A stretch of DNA of 64,000 nucleotides. Origin: Rikenellaceae bacterium. GTDB taxonomy: Bacteria > Bacteroidota > Bacteroidia > Bacteroidales > Rikenellaceae. Shown here piece after piece: positions 10,057 through 19,435 of this stretch. Numbering within the stretch: position 1 is the stretch's first letter; each line of letters begins with the position of its first letter. The DNA lies in assembly GCA_015059685.1 (NCBI GenBank), contig SUZW01000005.1, positions 19,931 to 83,930 on the forward strand, given 5' to 3'. A program made the position numbers and the translations under genes. The notes beneath the pieces were generated by a model, which worked only from the letters and a program-made list of their open reading frames with translations, ran no database searches and was not told the origin of the DNA.

Positions 10057-11576
10057 AATTGCTGAAGAACAAGATATCGCTCACGCTGTTTTGTGCCGTA
10101 TTGAGCCTATTTACCCTCGTGGCTTACCACGCCCCATTCTTTAGGGTTGTATTCGAAAATAGCGACAATAGCCTGAATGGTGTGCTCATACGGGGTGGAC
10201 TCGCTATTGTGATGTTTGCACTCAACTTCTTGATATACTACCTGATACTCTTTGCAGGGCGTGTGGTAGGGCGATGCATCCTCGCAATATTGTTTGTGGG
10301 TAACTCCATAACGCTATATTTCATAAACAGTTACGAGGTGCTTATCACCGACAAAATGATGGGCAATGTCTTCAATACGCAGTACTCCGAAGCCTCGGCA
10401 TACTTCTCGTTGCCGGGGGTGCTCTATTTTCTGCTTTTGGGTGTTGCTCCCTGCATCTATCTCTTTTGGCGCAAGGTTGAATATGGCTCCGTGAAGCGTG
10501 CCGGTGCAAACCTCGGTGTTGCGCTCCTTGTGGTCGCCACGATGGTCTTTGCCAACTTCAAGAACTTCACCTGGATAGATAAGAACGCCACGCAGATAGG
10601 CAGTCTGCTGATGCCGTGGTCCTATGTGGTAAACTCGGTGCGCTACTACAACTCCGTGAAGAAGATGAACGAGAAGGAGATACTGTTGCCCGATGCGACT
10701 ATCGCAACCAAGAGCAAAGAGCTCTGCGTTCTGGTTATCGGAGAGTCGGCACGCAGCGACCACTTCTCGCTCCTCGGCTACGAGCGTCAGACAAACCCTC
10801 TGCTCGAAGCTGACGATGTTGTCGCCCTTGCAGCAAAGTCGGCTGCGACCTATACCACTGCGGGCGTGAAGGCTATCCTCGACCACAAACCGACCTCGAA
10901 GCTCTATGAGGTGCTGCCTAACTACCTCTATCGCACGGGCGTAGATGTTGTGTGGCGCACATCGAATTGGGGCGAGCCTCCGCTGCATATCGAGCGTTAC
11001 TATAAGTCGGGCGAGGAGCTGAAAAAACTATATCCCGAGGTCGATAGCCAATACGACGAGATACTTTTGGCAGGGCTCAAGGAGGAGATTTTGGCCTCTG
11101 CGAGCGACAAGTTGTTTGTCGTGCTGCATACCAGTACCAGCCACGGCCCGACCTACTACAAGAAGTACCCGAAGGAGTTTGAACTCTTCTCGCCTGTATG
11201 CACCACGGTCGAGATGTCGAAGGCCGACCACGGGGAGCTGATAAATGCCTACGACAATACAATTCTATATACCGACTACCTGCTGCACTCGCTGATCGAG
11301 ATTTTGAGGAGCATTCCCGAGCGCAGAAGCTGTATGCTCTTTATCTCCGACCACGGTGAGTCGCTCGGTGAGAATAATCTCTATATGCACGGCCTACCTA
11401 TGTCTATGGCTCCAAAGGAGCAGGTCGAGATACCGCTGATTGTCTGGTCGTCAGACCCTGCAGTGAAGGTGCGGGCGATAGAAGATGTAGGTCAGTACCA
11501 CATCTTCCATAGCGTACTCGACTTCCTCGGTGTGGAGAGCCCGATATTCAACTCGAATATGACACTCTTTGAGTAG
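10053..11576 (+). CDS. eptA: Phosphoethanolamine transferase (EptA family)
   Basis: Five TM helices plus a sulfatase-like domain with IGESAR, catalytic Thr region (ATYTT), HGPTY, YDNTI.YTD, SDHGESLGE, YMHG. Confidence 0.88.
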   Translation: MKLLKNKISLTLFCAVLSLFTLVAYHAPFFRVVFENSDNSLNGVLIRGGLAIVMFALNFLIYYLILFAGRVVGRCILAILFVGNSITLYFINSYEVLITDKMMGNVFNTQYSEASAYFSLPGVLYFLLLGVAPCIYLFWRKVEYGSVKRAGANLGVALLVVATMVFANFKNFTWIDKNATQIGSLLMPWSYVVNSVRYYNSVKKMNEKEILLPDATIATKSKELCVLVIGESARSDHFSLLGYERQTNPLLEADDVVALAAKSAATYTTAGVKAILDHKPTSKLYEVLPNYLYRTGVDVVWRTSNWGEPPLHIERYYKSGEELKKLYPEVDSQYDEILLAGLKEEILASASDKLFVVLHTSTSHGPTYYKKYPKEFELFSPVCTTVEMSKADHGELINAYDNTILYTDYLLHSLIEILRSIPERRSCMLFISDHGESLGENNLYMHGLPMSMAPKEQVEIPLIVWSSDPAVKVRAIEDVGQYHIFHSVLDFLGVESPIFNSNMTLFE

Positions 11577-11587
11577 GGTAATTTTAT

Positions 11588-11776
11588 ATACAAAGCGATG
11601 AGTGCGCAGCATACTTGGTGTATGTGAGTTTTTCATCGACCTGCGGTATGGCGTAAAAGCGCAAATAGAGAGATGAATTTCAAGGCATACAAAGCGATGA
11701 GTGCGCAACATACTTGTGTATGTGAGCACTCATCGACTGCAGTATAACGCAGAAATTCGCTCTCTATTTACGCTTT
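11588..11776. repeat. Tandem pair of REP-like palindromes (99-bp period), the second enclosed in a further inverted repeat
   Basis: ATACAAAGCGATGAGTGCGCA.CATACTTG(G)TGTATGTGAG...TCATCGAC at 11588 and 11687; outer inverted repeat at 11655-11681 and 11751-11776. Confidence 0.8.
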
Positions 11777-13243
11777 TTATTCGCTCTTTTTTACCGGATC
11801 ACAAGTCAACCCAACACCTAATTTTTTGAAAATCTTGTGATCAACTTCGCTCAACATCACGGTCGAGTGTATCTGACAACCCGCCAACTTTGGCAACTGC
11901 GCCAACGCACGACGACAATTCTCGTCTTTGTGGCTCAACAACGAGAGTGCCACCAAGACTTCGTCGGTATGAAGTCGTGGGTTGTGACCGTGAAGATACT
12001 CAACTTTGGTCTTTTGTATAGGAGCAATTAACTCCTCGGGTATCAGTTTTACTTCGTGCGGAATATCGGCCAAATGTTTCGTGGCATTGAGCAGCAACGC
12101 AGCACAAGGGCCCAGCAATGCACTCGAGCGTGAGGTTATAATCGAGCCATTGTGCAACTCTATTGCCGCAGCCTCCACTCCCGACAGCTCCTTGCGCTCG
12201 TGTGCAGCCACAGTGGTACGACGATAGGCGGTTGTGACCTTGGCCTGCTTCATCAGCAACGAAATCTTGTTCACTTCGTTCTCGTTGTCGCCCTTGTCTG
12301 CCAACTTGCAAAGAGCGTAGTAGTAGCGGCGTATAATCTCGTCACGAGAGGCATCGCAGCAGATATCCTCGTCAGCCATACAGAAGCCTATCATATTGAC
12401 TCCCATATCGGTAGGCGACTTATATGGACTCTCGCCGTAGATACTCTCGAAGAGTGTGTTCAACACGGGAAATATCTCGATATCTCGGTTGTAATTTACC
12501 GTGATTTTGCCGTAGTTCTCCAGGTGGAACGGGTCAATCATATTGACATCGTTGAGATCGGCCGTAGCGGCCTCATATGCGAGATTTACCGGATGCTTCA
12601 ATGGCAAGTTCCAGACAGGGAAGGTCTCGAACTTGGCGTATCCGGCCTTGACACCTCGCTTATGTTCGTGGTAGAGCTGGCTCAAGCAGACTGCCATTTT
12701 GCCACTTCCGGGGCCCGGGGCGGTAACAATAACCAATGGTCGGGTAGTCTCGACATAGTCGTTGCGACCAAAACCCTCGTCGGAGTCTATGAGGGCGACA
12801 TTGTTGGGGTAGCCCTCGATGGTGTAGTGGTAATATACCTTGATGCCGAGACGCTCCAAACGAGCTCGGTAGGCTTCGGCACTCGATTGTCCGTTGTAGT
12901 GGGTTATTACCACGCAGTTTACATATAGGCCCACTCGCTCGAACTCGGCACGCAGGCGCAGGATATCTTCATCGTAGGTGATACCGAGGTCGCCACGCAT
13001 CTTGTTCTTCTCGATGTCGAGTGCACTGATTACGAAGAGTATCTCGGCATAATCTCGCAACTGCATCAACATCTGCAATTTGCTGTCGGGCTGGAAACCC
13101 GGAAGGACACGGCTGGCGTGGTTGTCGTCAAAGAGTTTGCCTCCAAACTCGAGGTAGAGTTTGTTGCCGAATTGGTCGATACGCTCCTTGATGCGCTCGG
13201 ATTGAATTTTCAGATATTTCTCGTGGTCAAAACCTGTTTTCAT
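11777..13243 (-). CDS. DUF1846 family protein
   Basis: KLYLEFGGKLFDD.HASRVLPGF, TAPGPGSGKMA, YAKFETFPVWNLPL.HPVN.AYEAATADL; start at ATG 13243. Confidence 0.85.
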   Translation of the reverse strand: MKTGFDHEKYLKIQSERIKERIDQFGNKLYLEFGGKLFDDNHASRVLPGFQPDSKLQMLMQLRDYAEILFVISALDIEKNKMRGDLGITYDEDILRLRAEFERVGLYVNCVVITHYNGQSSAEAYRARLERLGIKVYYHYTIEGYPNNVALIDSDEGFGRNDYVETTRPLVIVTAPGPGSGKMAVCLSQLYHEHKRGVKAGYAKFETFPVWNLPLKHPVNLAYEAATADLNDVNMIDPFHLENYGKITVNYNRDIEIFPVLNTLFESIYGESPYKSPTDMGVNMIGFCMADEDICCDASRDEIIRRYYYALCKLADKGDNENEVNKISLLMKQAKVTTAYRRTTVAAHERKELSGVEAAAIELHNGSIITSRSSALLGPCAALLLNATKHLADIPHEVKLIPEELIAPIQKTKVEYLHGHNPRLHTDEVLVALSLLSHKDENCRRALAQLPKLAGCQIHSTVMLSEVDHKIFKKLGVGLTCDPVKKSE

Positions 13244-13350
13244 ACCCTTGTAGTAGTAATTTGTCCGCAAAAGTAACTCTTTTTTGCGCCTCCGCAAAAT
13301 AAACGCTCCAAAAGTTAAGAACACTTTATCATCAAAAAGCACTCTCGGGG

Positions 13351-13929
13351 CTACAACCAGCCCATTTCGTAGTAGGTAACTATCTGCTCGAGTGTGCGAT
13401 CTCGAGTCTCGGGCTGGTAGTCGAGTTTGAGGTTGTTGCCGAAGAGTTTGGCCATAGCCTGCCAGAAACCCGCCACGAAGCCGCCACGGAAGTCCTTGAT
13501 AATTTGGAAGGCTGTAAATTCTGTCTCACGGTCTATGAGTTTTAGCAGCACCTTACCCTCGGTTATGGTCATCTTCAAGATTACGGGTTTGTACTGCTTT
13601 ATAAGGCGTTTTTGCGCCTCCTTAGAGTAGGCTTTCTGCAACTTGGGGTCCTTGATGCGTAGCAGTTCGCGCTCCATCTTCTCCATCTCGAGGCGAGCCT
13701 GCTTGGCAAGGGGATAGACCTTCTTGACGATGCGGATAAGTCGAGCGTAACGCCTCATATCGGGCTTGCGGGCATATTTCCGTATCGGAAGGATATGCAC
13801 CAACGGAATGGTGTCACCCTTATCGACCGTCCACTCCTGGTGCCAGAAACCACGACTACGACGCTGCGCCACCACCTGTGGCACAACCACCGCAACAAGC
13901 AACAGAAGTATAATAAGTCGTCGTTTCAT
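13351..13929 (-). CDS. DUF4294 family protein
   Basis: Signal peptide, GDTIP, VKKVYPLAK, GKVLLKLIDRET, FWQ..AKLFG.NLK. The ORF-track extension to 14244 runs through repeat DNA. Confidence 0.75.
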   Translation of the reverse strand: MKRRLIILLLLVAVVVPQVVAQRRSRGFWHQEWTVDKGDTIPLVHILPIRKYARKPDMRRYARLIRIVKKVYPLAKQARLEMEKMERELLRIKDPKLQKAYSKEAQKRLIKQYKPVILKMTITEGKVLLKLIDRETEFTAFQIIKDFRGGFVAGFWQAMAKLFGNNLKLDYQPETRDRTLEQIVTYYEMGWL

Positions 13930-14142
13930 AATTCTATCCGCAAAGATAGAAAAAATAATTGAGAATTGAGAATTAAGCGGGTGGTCAAGGCGCAACAGAG
14001 ATGACATAGAATGACATTCGGGCTTTGCCCTTAATGGCATTCGCCCTTTCAGGGCTGAATGGCAAGCGTAAAATAACATCATAAAAAAAGAGATAACCGG
14101 AGTTATCTCCAAGTGCGTTAATGAAAATAAGCCCCCTTTACA

Positions 14143-14216
14143 GGACCGACACCAAACCGAGAGTAGAGGGTGCTTGCACACTATACCGAGGTGCGAAGGA
14201 GGAAGACCGAAGGTCA
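14143..14216 (+). repeat. Palindromic intergenic repeat family B, copy 1
   Basis: ACCGAC...GAGAGTAGAGGGTGCTTGCACACTATACCGAGG...AAGGAGGAAGACCGAAGGTC; related copies at 16445, 54966 and 56898. Confidence 0.7.
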
Positions 14217-14288
14217 AAGGGGGTTTGGGGGATAGGTAACACACGGCTTAACACAACAAAAGGAGGCTTTTATACCTCCTTTTGTTGT

Positions 14289-14308
14289 GTTGAGCTGCCG
14301 GGACTCGA
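14289..14308 (-). other. Duplicate of the tRNA-Gln 3' end (att-like core)
   Basis: GTTGAGCTGCCGGGACTCGA is identical to 14552-14571. Confidence 0.8.
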
Positions 14309-14517
14309 CCGGCGAAGCCGAAGCGAGGATACGATATAGCGCAGCGTAGCGAGCAATAAACCCGAATATCCTCGCAACCCGCCACCCCGTGAGCGGTGCC
14401 GACAGCTTGGCTCTTTTTGTGGCAGATGCGTAGCATCAACGATTGAGAGAGGTTTTGTGGGGCTTGCACCGACAAAAAGCTCTCAATCGTTAAAGTTTGT
14501 TTGACAAACAGTCACAA

Positions 14518-14550
14518 AAAAAAAGAGATAACCGAAGTTATCTCCAAGTG
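14518..14550 (-). terminator. tRNA-Gln terminator (near-identical copy at 14083-14115)
   Basis: Minus strand GAGATAAC-ttcg-GTTATCTC followed by a T-run; the copy matches at 32/33 positions. Confidence 0.75.
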
Positions 14551-14552
14551 AG

Positions 14553-14623
14553 TTGAGCTGCCGGGACTCGAACCCAGAACGACAGAACCAAAATCTGCTG
14601 TGTTACCATTACACCACAGCTCA
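14553..14623 (-). tRNA. tRNA-Gln(TTG)
   Basis: TGAGCTG/CAGCTCA acceptor stem, anticodon arm GCAGA-TTTTGGT-TCTGT, GGTTCGAGTCC T-arm. Confidence 0.95.
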
Positions 14624-14857
14624 ATCCGTTGCTCGTAAGCGGTGGCAAAGGTAATACTTTTTTCTGAATTAGCAATAATTTTCTCTTTTTTAATTCGATG
14701 TAAATATTTCCATTTGTTAAGCAGTCGCAGACTGCGCTGTCATTGAGTGCCATTCTATGCCATTAAGGGCGCAAGCCCGAATGCCATTCAATGCCATTGA
14801 GATTATCGACAAAAACAGCCCACCGCAGAAAAAACTCTGCGGATGATTGCTTAATAA

Positions 14858-15724
14858 TTAAAAGGACAATCCTACATGGAGGCTAAATCCGTGCAATAAT
14901 TTATTGCCTTGAACAAGTATCGATGTTGTATCATTAGTCTCGTGTTTAGCATATAGAAAACTCTCTATTTTATATCCCAAGCCGCAATACAGAGACAGTT
15001 TCTTTGCTATACTCCGATCAACACCAAATGATATATCACCGAAAAAGCCACTTTGGTTATAATTTATATCGGAGTGATATACTTTTTTTGACACTCTACC
15101 ACCTATCGACACAGATGCATACGGCGACCAATTAGATTTTGTAAAATTAGCTTTGCAGTGAATATAAATTGGTACATTCACAGTTGTTGGCCTGCAAAAT
15201 GGAAAATGTAATTTGTTCTTATCAGGAGTGGCAAGAGAGAAATTAATACCTGTGCCTAATCCTAAAAAGATGTATGGATTAAAACGGTAGCCTCCAATGT
15301 AACTTACTCCTAAAAAATCTGTAACACTACAATATGAGTATGATAGGTCGATAAATTGTCTGTATCCGCGATATTTTATAGCATCTTCTTTTCGCTTGAT
15401 TCTAGCACTCTCCTTTTGCGCAGCTGTTTTTGCCCGCTTTTCCGCTTTGGCGACCTCTTTCGCTTGGGCAGCAGCAGAGGACTCGGCAATAAGTTGCTCT
15501 TCTGGCGTCATTTTGTCAAATGTAGATATTGATGATATATCACTTTTGTAAAATACCCTCACATCCCTATTTGCAAATTCTAAACGAACTATTTGATCGT
15601 TTTCTTCAATTTTAGTACCCTCAAACACGCCTCCATTCTTCAATGTTACAACCGTAACAACCTTGGCATAAGCAGTACAAGTTACAATAAATAACAATAA
15701 CGATAAGGATAACACTCTTTTCAT
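14858..15724 (-). CDS. Putative outer-membrane beta-barrel protein (AT-rich accessory gene)
   Basis: Signal peptide, N-terminal LKNG...G motif, charged linker, alternating aromatic strands (GYRFNPYIFLGLGTG), C-terminal Phe. Confidence 0.7.
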   Translation of the reverse strand: MKRVLSLSLLLFIVTCTAYAKVVTVVTLKNGGVFEGTKIEENDQIVRLEFANRDVRVFYKSDISSISTFDKMTPEEQLIAESSAAAQAKEVAKAEKRAKTAAQKESARIKRKEDAIKYRGYRQFIDLSYSYCSVTDFLGVSYIGGYRFNPYIFLGLGTGINFSLATPDKNKLHFPFCRPTTVNVPIYIHCKANFTKSNWSPYASVSIGGRVSKKVYHSDINYNQSGFFGDISFGVDRSIAKKLSLYCGLGYKIESFLYAKHETNDTTSILVQGNKLLHGFSLHVGLSF

Positions 15725-15731
15725 AATTATT

Positions 15732-16097
15732 CTACTCTACAAATTCCACAATTGTACCTGTTGCGCTATAAGTGGTTTTCCAATAGAATGGAGGAAGGCC
15801 GAGTTCTGTCTGCTTAACATTTATGTTAATAATAGTTTGAGAACCATACAATTGTGCATTCTTATACATTTCGGCAACGGCGTTTGAACGAACAGCCTTC
15901 TCGGATAAGCCACCTATACCGAGTATTCGAGTAGCAGTAGCAATGCCTTCTACCATACCTATAACACGGAAATTTTTTCCAGATAGCACAACCTCGGTTT
16001 TTGCTACATTTTCATTTGAAGATTGATAAAGGTGTGCAGAACAACCTGCCAATAATATTGCACATACAACAGCAACTACACAAAATAGTTTTTTCAT
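15732..16097 (-). CDS. Small lipoprotein (DUF6567-like)
   Basis: Lipobox LAGC; TEVVLSGKNFRVIG...ATRILGIGG pattern; start at ATG 16097. Confidence 0.65.
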   Translation of the reverse strand: MKKLFCVVAVVCAILLAGCSAHLYQSSNENVAKTEVVLSGKNFRVIGMVEGIATATRILGIGGLSEKAVRSNAVAEMYKNAQLYGSQTIININVKQTELGLPPFYWKTTYSATGTIVEFVE

Positions 16098-16154
16098 AAT
16101 AAATAAGTTTTTTTGTTTGCCCACCAACCCCGAATAAGGCGATTATATAAACAA

Positions 16155-16392
16155 AGAAAGTGTGGAGTTGATTTCGTTTACATCAAAGAAGGTTGTGGAA
16201 TGACCTGTACAAGAATAAACGATGCAATATCCCCACACTTGGATAGTATGGGTAGGTGCAAAGAGTATGCACCGCCACATGACTATACAAGAAATGAGTG
16301 CTGTTCGTTCGCCCTCTTGTACTGAAAACTTCCACATTTTCTTTGAAGGACTGCGAAAACACTTTCTATATGTCTGCAATCCAACGGACTGC
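16155..16392 (-). ncRNA. Conserved structured 5' leader element, copy 1
   Basis: Homologous to 56604-56836 and 61646-61897; nested inverted repeats with compensatory changes; lies between the promoter and the ATG at 16097. Confidence 0.8.
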
Positions 16393-16396
16393 GTTA

Positions 16397-16428
16397 CAAA
16401 AATAGAAACTTTTTCTGAAAAGTGCAAA
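16397..16428 (-). promoter_or_regulatory. Bacteroidetes primary-sigma promoter for leader copy 1
   Basis: TTTG (16425-16428), 20-nt spacer, TATTTTTG (16397-16404). Confidence 0.75.
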
Positions 16429-16444
16429 AAAATCAGCCAATGGC

Positions 16445-16518
16445 CACCGCTGCGATTAAGCCGAGGGCAGAGACTGCTTGCAGACTTTGCCGAGGCGGAG
16501 CAGTGAAGACCGAAGGTC
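16445..16518 (+). repeat. Palindromic intergenic repeat family B, copy 2, inside AATGGCT heptamer repeats
   Basis: GCCGAGGGCAGAGACTGCTTGCAGACTTTGCCGAGGC...GAAGACCGAAGGTC, flanked by AATGGC(C/T) units. Confidence 0.7.
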
Positions 16519-16659
16519 AATGGCTAATGGCTAATAGCCAATAAAACTTGCGAGGTTGAAAAAATGTTAATAAGTGAAATGGTCGCTATACCTCCTATTA
16601 TAATAGGAAATTGTAATTTTGTAGGCGTAAAAATGTGAAGACTCAAAACATTATATAAA

Positions 16660-17925
16660 ATGAAAAAAGTAGATGTAGTTCTCGGTCTCCAATGGGGTGA
16701 CGAGGGTAAAGGCAAAGTTGTCGATGTATTGACTCCTAACTATCAGGCTATTGCCCGTTTTCAGGGTGGTCCAAACGCTGGTCACTCGCTCAAATTCGAG
16801 GGCAAAAGTTTTGTATTGCACACCGTACCTTCGGGTATTTTCCGTGACGAGGCGATGAATATAATCGGCAATGGTGTCGTTATCGACCCCGTGATTTTAG
16901 CCGAGGAGATTGCCGCTATAGAGGCTATGGGTGTAGATGTAGCCAAGCGTATGGTCATCTCGAAGCGTGCTCACCTTATTCTCCCAACTCACCGTGCTCT
17001 CGATGCTGCAAGTGAGGCTGCCAAGGGTAAGACCAAGATTGGCTCGACATTGAAGGGTATCGGCCCTGCATATATGGACAAGACTGGTCGTAATGGTCTG
17101 CGTGTGGGTGACATTCTGCAGCCCGACTTCGAGGAGCGTTACAACACTCTCAAGCACAAGCACGAGGAGATGTTGCGCCAATACGCCTACTCTTACGACA
17201 TCACAGCCTACGAGAAGGAGTGGTTCAAGGGTATCGAGATTTTGCGTCGCTTCGAATTTGTGGATAGCGAGCAGCTCGTGAACAAGTCGCTTGGCGAGGG
17301 TACCTCTATCTTGGCCGAGGGCGCACAGGGCTCGTTGCTCGATATCGACTTCGGAACATATCCTTATGTAACATCGTCGAACACCCTCTGCTCGGGCGTT
17401 TGCAACGGTTTGGGCGTTGCTCCGTCACGCATAGGTAATGTCTATGGTATCTTCAAGGCATACTGCACCCGTGTTGGTAGCGGTCCATTCCCAACAGAGT
17501 TGTTTGACACTACGGGCGAGACTTTGCGCCAGATTGGTAATGAGTTTGGTGCCACAACAGGTCGCCCTCGTCGTTGCGGTTGGTTGGACTTGGTGGCTCT
17601 GAAATATACCGTTATGATGAATGGTGTTACCGAACTTATCATGATGAAGAGCGATGTGCTGAATGATTTTCAAACTATAAAGGTTGCTGTAGGCTACGAA
17701 CTGAATGGCAAGCAGCTCGACTACTTCCCATACGAGTGCAGCGACGACATCGTGCCTATCTACAAGGAGTTCGAGGGTTGGAACTGCGACATCTGCGGTG
17801 TCCGTAACTACGACGACTTCCCGCCTCAATTCAAGGCGTATGTCGAGTTTATCGAGAGCGAAACAGGTGTGCCTGTGAAGATTATCTCGGTAGGTCCGGA
17901 CCGTGCAGAGACTATTGTTCGATAG
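16660..17925 (+). CDS. purA: Adenylosuccinate synthetase
   Basis: QWGDEGKGK, GGPNAGH, EGAQG..LDID.GTYPYVTSS, TTGRPRRCGW. Confidence 0.97.
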   Translation: MKKVDVVLGLQWGDEGKGKVVDVLTPNYQAIARFQGGPNAGHSLKFEGKSFVLHTVPSGIFRDEAMNIIGNGVVIDPVILAEEIAAIEAMGVDVAKRMVISKRAHLILPTHRALDAASEAAKGKTKIGSTLKGIGPAYMDKTGRNGLRVGDILQPDFEERYNTLKHKHEEMLRQYAYSYDITAYEKEWFKGIEILRRFEFVDSEQLVNKSLGEGTSILAEGAQGSLLDIDFGTYPYVTSSNTLCSGVCNGLGVAPSRIGNVYGIFKAYCTRVGSGPFPTELFDTTGETLRQIGNEFGATTGRPRRCGWLDLVALKYTVMMNGVTELIMMKSDVLNDFQTIKVAVGYELNGKQLDYFPYECSDDIVPIYKEFEGWNCDICGVRNYDDFPPQFKAYVEFIESETGVPVKIISVGPDRAETIVR

Positions 17926-18005
17926 AGTTATTGAGAGGTGCCGCCACGCACCTCTCATCGTATATGGTTTAGAGCATAATAAATATAATATAAAGTATAT
18001 ATAAT

Positions 18006-19196
18006 ATGGTAAAGATTGGAACGCCACTTACAACGGTAGCAAAAAAGGCACTATTGTGCGGTTCGGGCGAGCTCGGCAAAGAGGTTGCACTGGAGCTGCA
18101 GCGCTTTGGTGTCGAGGTTATAGCACTCGATCGCTATGCAAATGCACCTGCTATGCAGGTCGCACATCGCAGCTATGTGCTCTCGATGCTCGATGGCGAG
18201 CGTCTGCGTGAGATTATCGAGGCAGAGAAGCCCGACATTATCATCCCAGAGGTCGAGGCTATAGCTACGCCCGTACTCGTGGAGCTCGAGAAGGAGGGCT
18301 ATCGTGTTGTGCCAACAGCCAAAGCCGTGTGGCTCACGATGAACCGAGAGGGTATTCGTCGTTTAGCAGCCGAGGAGTGTGGCTTAAAGACCACGAAGTA
18401 TTGTTTTGCCGACACCCGAGAGGAGTTTGACAATGCCGTTGCCGAGATTGGTATTCCTTGTGTAGTGAAGCCTATTATGAGCTCTTCGGGACACGGACAA
18501 TCGACCATAAAATGCGAGGCCGACATCGACAAGGCTTGGCAGATTGCGCAGGAGGGTGGCCGTGCAGGCGCAGGTCGTGTTATCGTCGAGAAGTTTGTCG
18601 ATTTCGACTACGAAATAACCCTTTTAACCGTGCGCCACGCCAGCGGCACAACACTCCTTGAACCTATCGGACACCATCAAGTAGATGGCGACTATCGTGA
18701 GTCGTGGCAACCGCAGCCAATGAGCGCAGCAGCCATCAAGAAAGCACAAGAGGTAGCGCGCACAATAACCGATGCGTTAGGGGGTTACGGCATATTCGGT
18801 GTGGAGATGTTCATCAAGGGAGATGATGTTATCTTCAGCGAAGTTTCGCCTCGTCCGCACGACACCGGAATGGTCACTATGGCATCGCAGGATTTGTCGG
18901 AGTTTGCACTTCATGCCCGAGCCGTTTTGGGCTTGCCAATCCCTGCCGTGCGCTTCATCTCGCCAAGCGCCTCGAAGGCTATTGTCGTGGAGGGCGATAG
19001 CGACAAGGTGGAGTTTGGTAATATCGACAAGGTTCTCGAGGAGGAGGGTGTACAGATACGCATCTTCGGTAAGCCGGAGGTTGTGGGACATCGTCGCTTT
19101 GGTGTGATTTTGGCCACCGGGGCCACTATCGAGGAGGCTTTGGCAAAGGCTGAACGAGCGTACGCAAAGCTGGAAATAACAATTTTACCACGATAA
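18006..19196 (+). CDS. purT: Formate-dependent phosphoribosylglycinamide formyltransferase
   Basis: [37 protein letters not shown]. Confidence 0.96.
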   Translation: MVKIGTPLTTVAKKALLCGSGELGKEVALELQRFGVEVIALDRYANAPAMQVAHRSYVLSMLDGERLREIIEAEKPDIIIPEVEAIATPVLVELEKEGYRVVPTAKAVWLTMNREGIRRLAAEECGLKTTKYCFADTREEFDNAVAEIGIPCVVKPIMSSSGHGQSTIKCEADIDKAWQIAQEGGRAGAGRVIVEKFVDFDYEITLLTVRHASGTTLLEPIGHHQVDGDYRESWQPQPMSAAAIKKAQEVARTITDALGGYGIFGVEMFIKGDDVIFSEVSPRPHDTGMVTMASQDLSEFALHARAVLGLPIPAVRFISPSASKAIVVEGDSDKVEFGNIDKVLEEEGVQIRIFGKPEVVGHRRFGVILATGATIEEALAKAERAYAKLEITILPR

Positions 19197-19292
19197 GTAC
19201 CTATTTTTTAATAAAAATAGGAGTTTTTTGAGAAAATTTACTTATCTTTGCGAGAAGTAATAGGAGAGGAGAGGAAAGGAGAGATAGTTGAT

Positions 19293-19403
19293 ATGTTGGT
19301 TCCGTTGTATCAAATATCAAAAGAGATTAACCAGGGTTTGCAACCGTTATCGCCTAACGATTTGCAGCTCTGTCACTTTCGCTCTCTAACTGTTTTTGTT
19401 TAA
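19293..19403 (+). CDS. Putative pyr operon leader peptide (36 aa)
   Basis: AAGGAG Shine-Dalgarno, then ATG 19293, MLVPLYQISKEINQGLQPLSPNDLQLCHFRSLTVFV*; the stop is 4 nt before a terminator hairpin. Confidence 0.55.
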   Translation: MLVPLYQISKEINQGLQPLSPNDLQLCHFRSLTVFV

Positions 19404-19407
19404 CGCT

Positions 19408-19435
19408 AATAGCGACCTTTGTGGTCGCTATTTTT
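19408..19435 (+). terminator. Attenuator terminator upstream of pyrC
   Basis: AATAGCGACC-tttgt-GGTCGCTATT-TTT, between the promoter element TATCTTTG (19243-19250) and the pyrC ATG. Confidence 0.8.

Noticed and set aside
13930-14244. N-terminal extensions in the ORF track (DUF4294; likewise aminotransferase 54791-54958 and Sel1 60291-60437)
   Set aside because: They run through promoter or repeat DNA or overlap another gene; better starts lie downstream.
16155-16392. Leader element as 6S RNA, T-box or a known riboswitch
   Set aside because: Three diverged copies, each directly 5' of an accessory gene, do not fit 6S RNA. I saw no T-box, cobalamin, TPP, SAM or FMN consensus. An Rfam search is still needed.
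16143-16520. ORFs overlapping the leader copies (16143-16520, 56571-56807, 61670-61861), two sharing TALISCIVMW and HTIQVWG
   Set aside because: Frame, start and stop are not conserved among the three copies. The shared peptides follow from nucleotide conservation, and substitutions preserve base pairing rather than codons.
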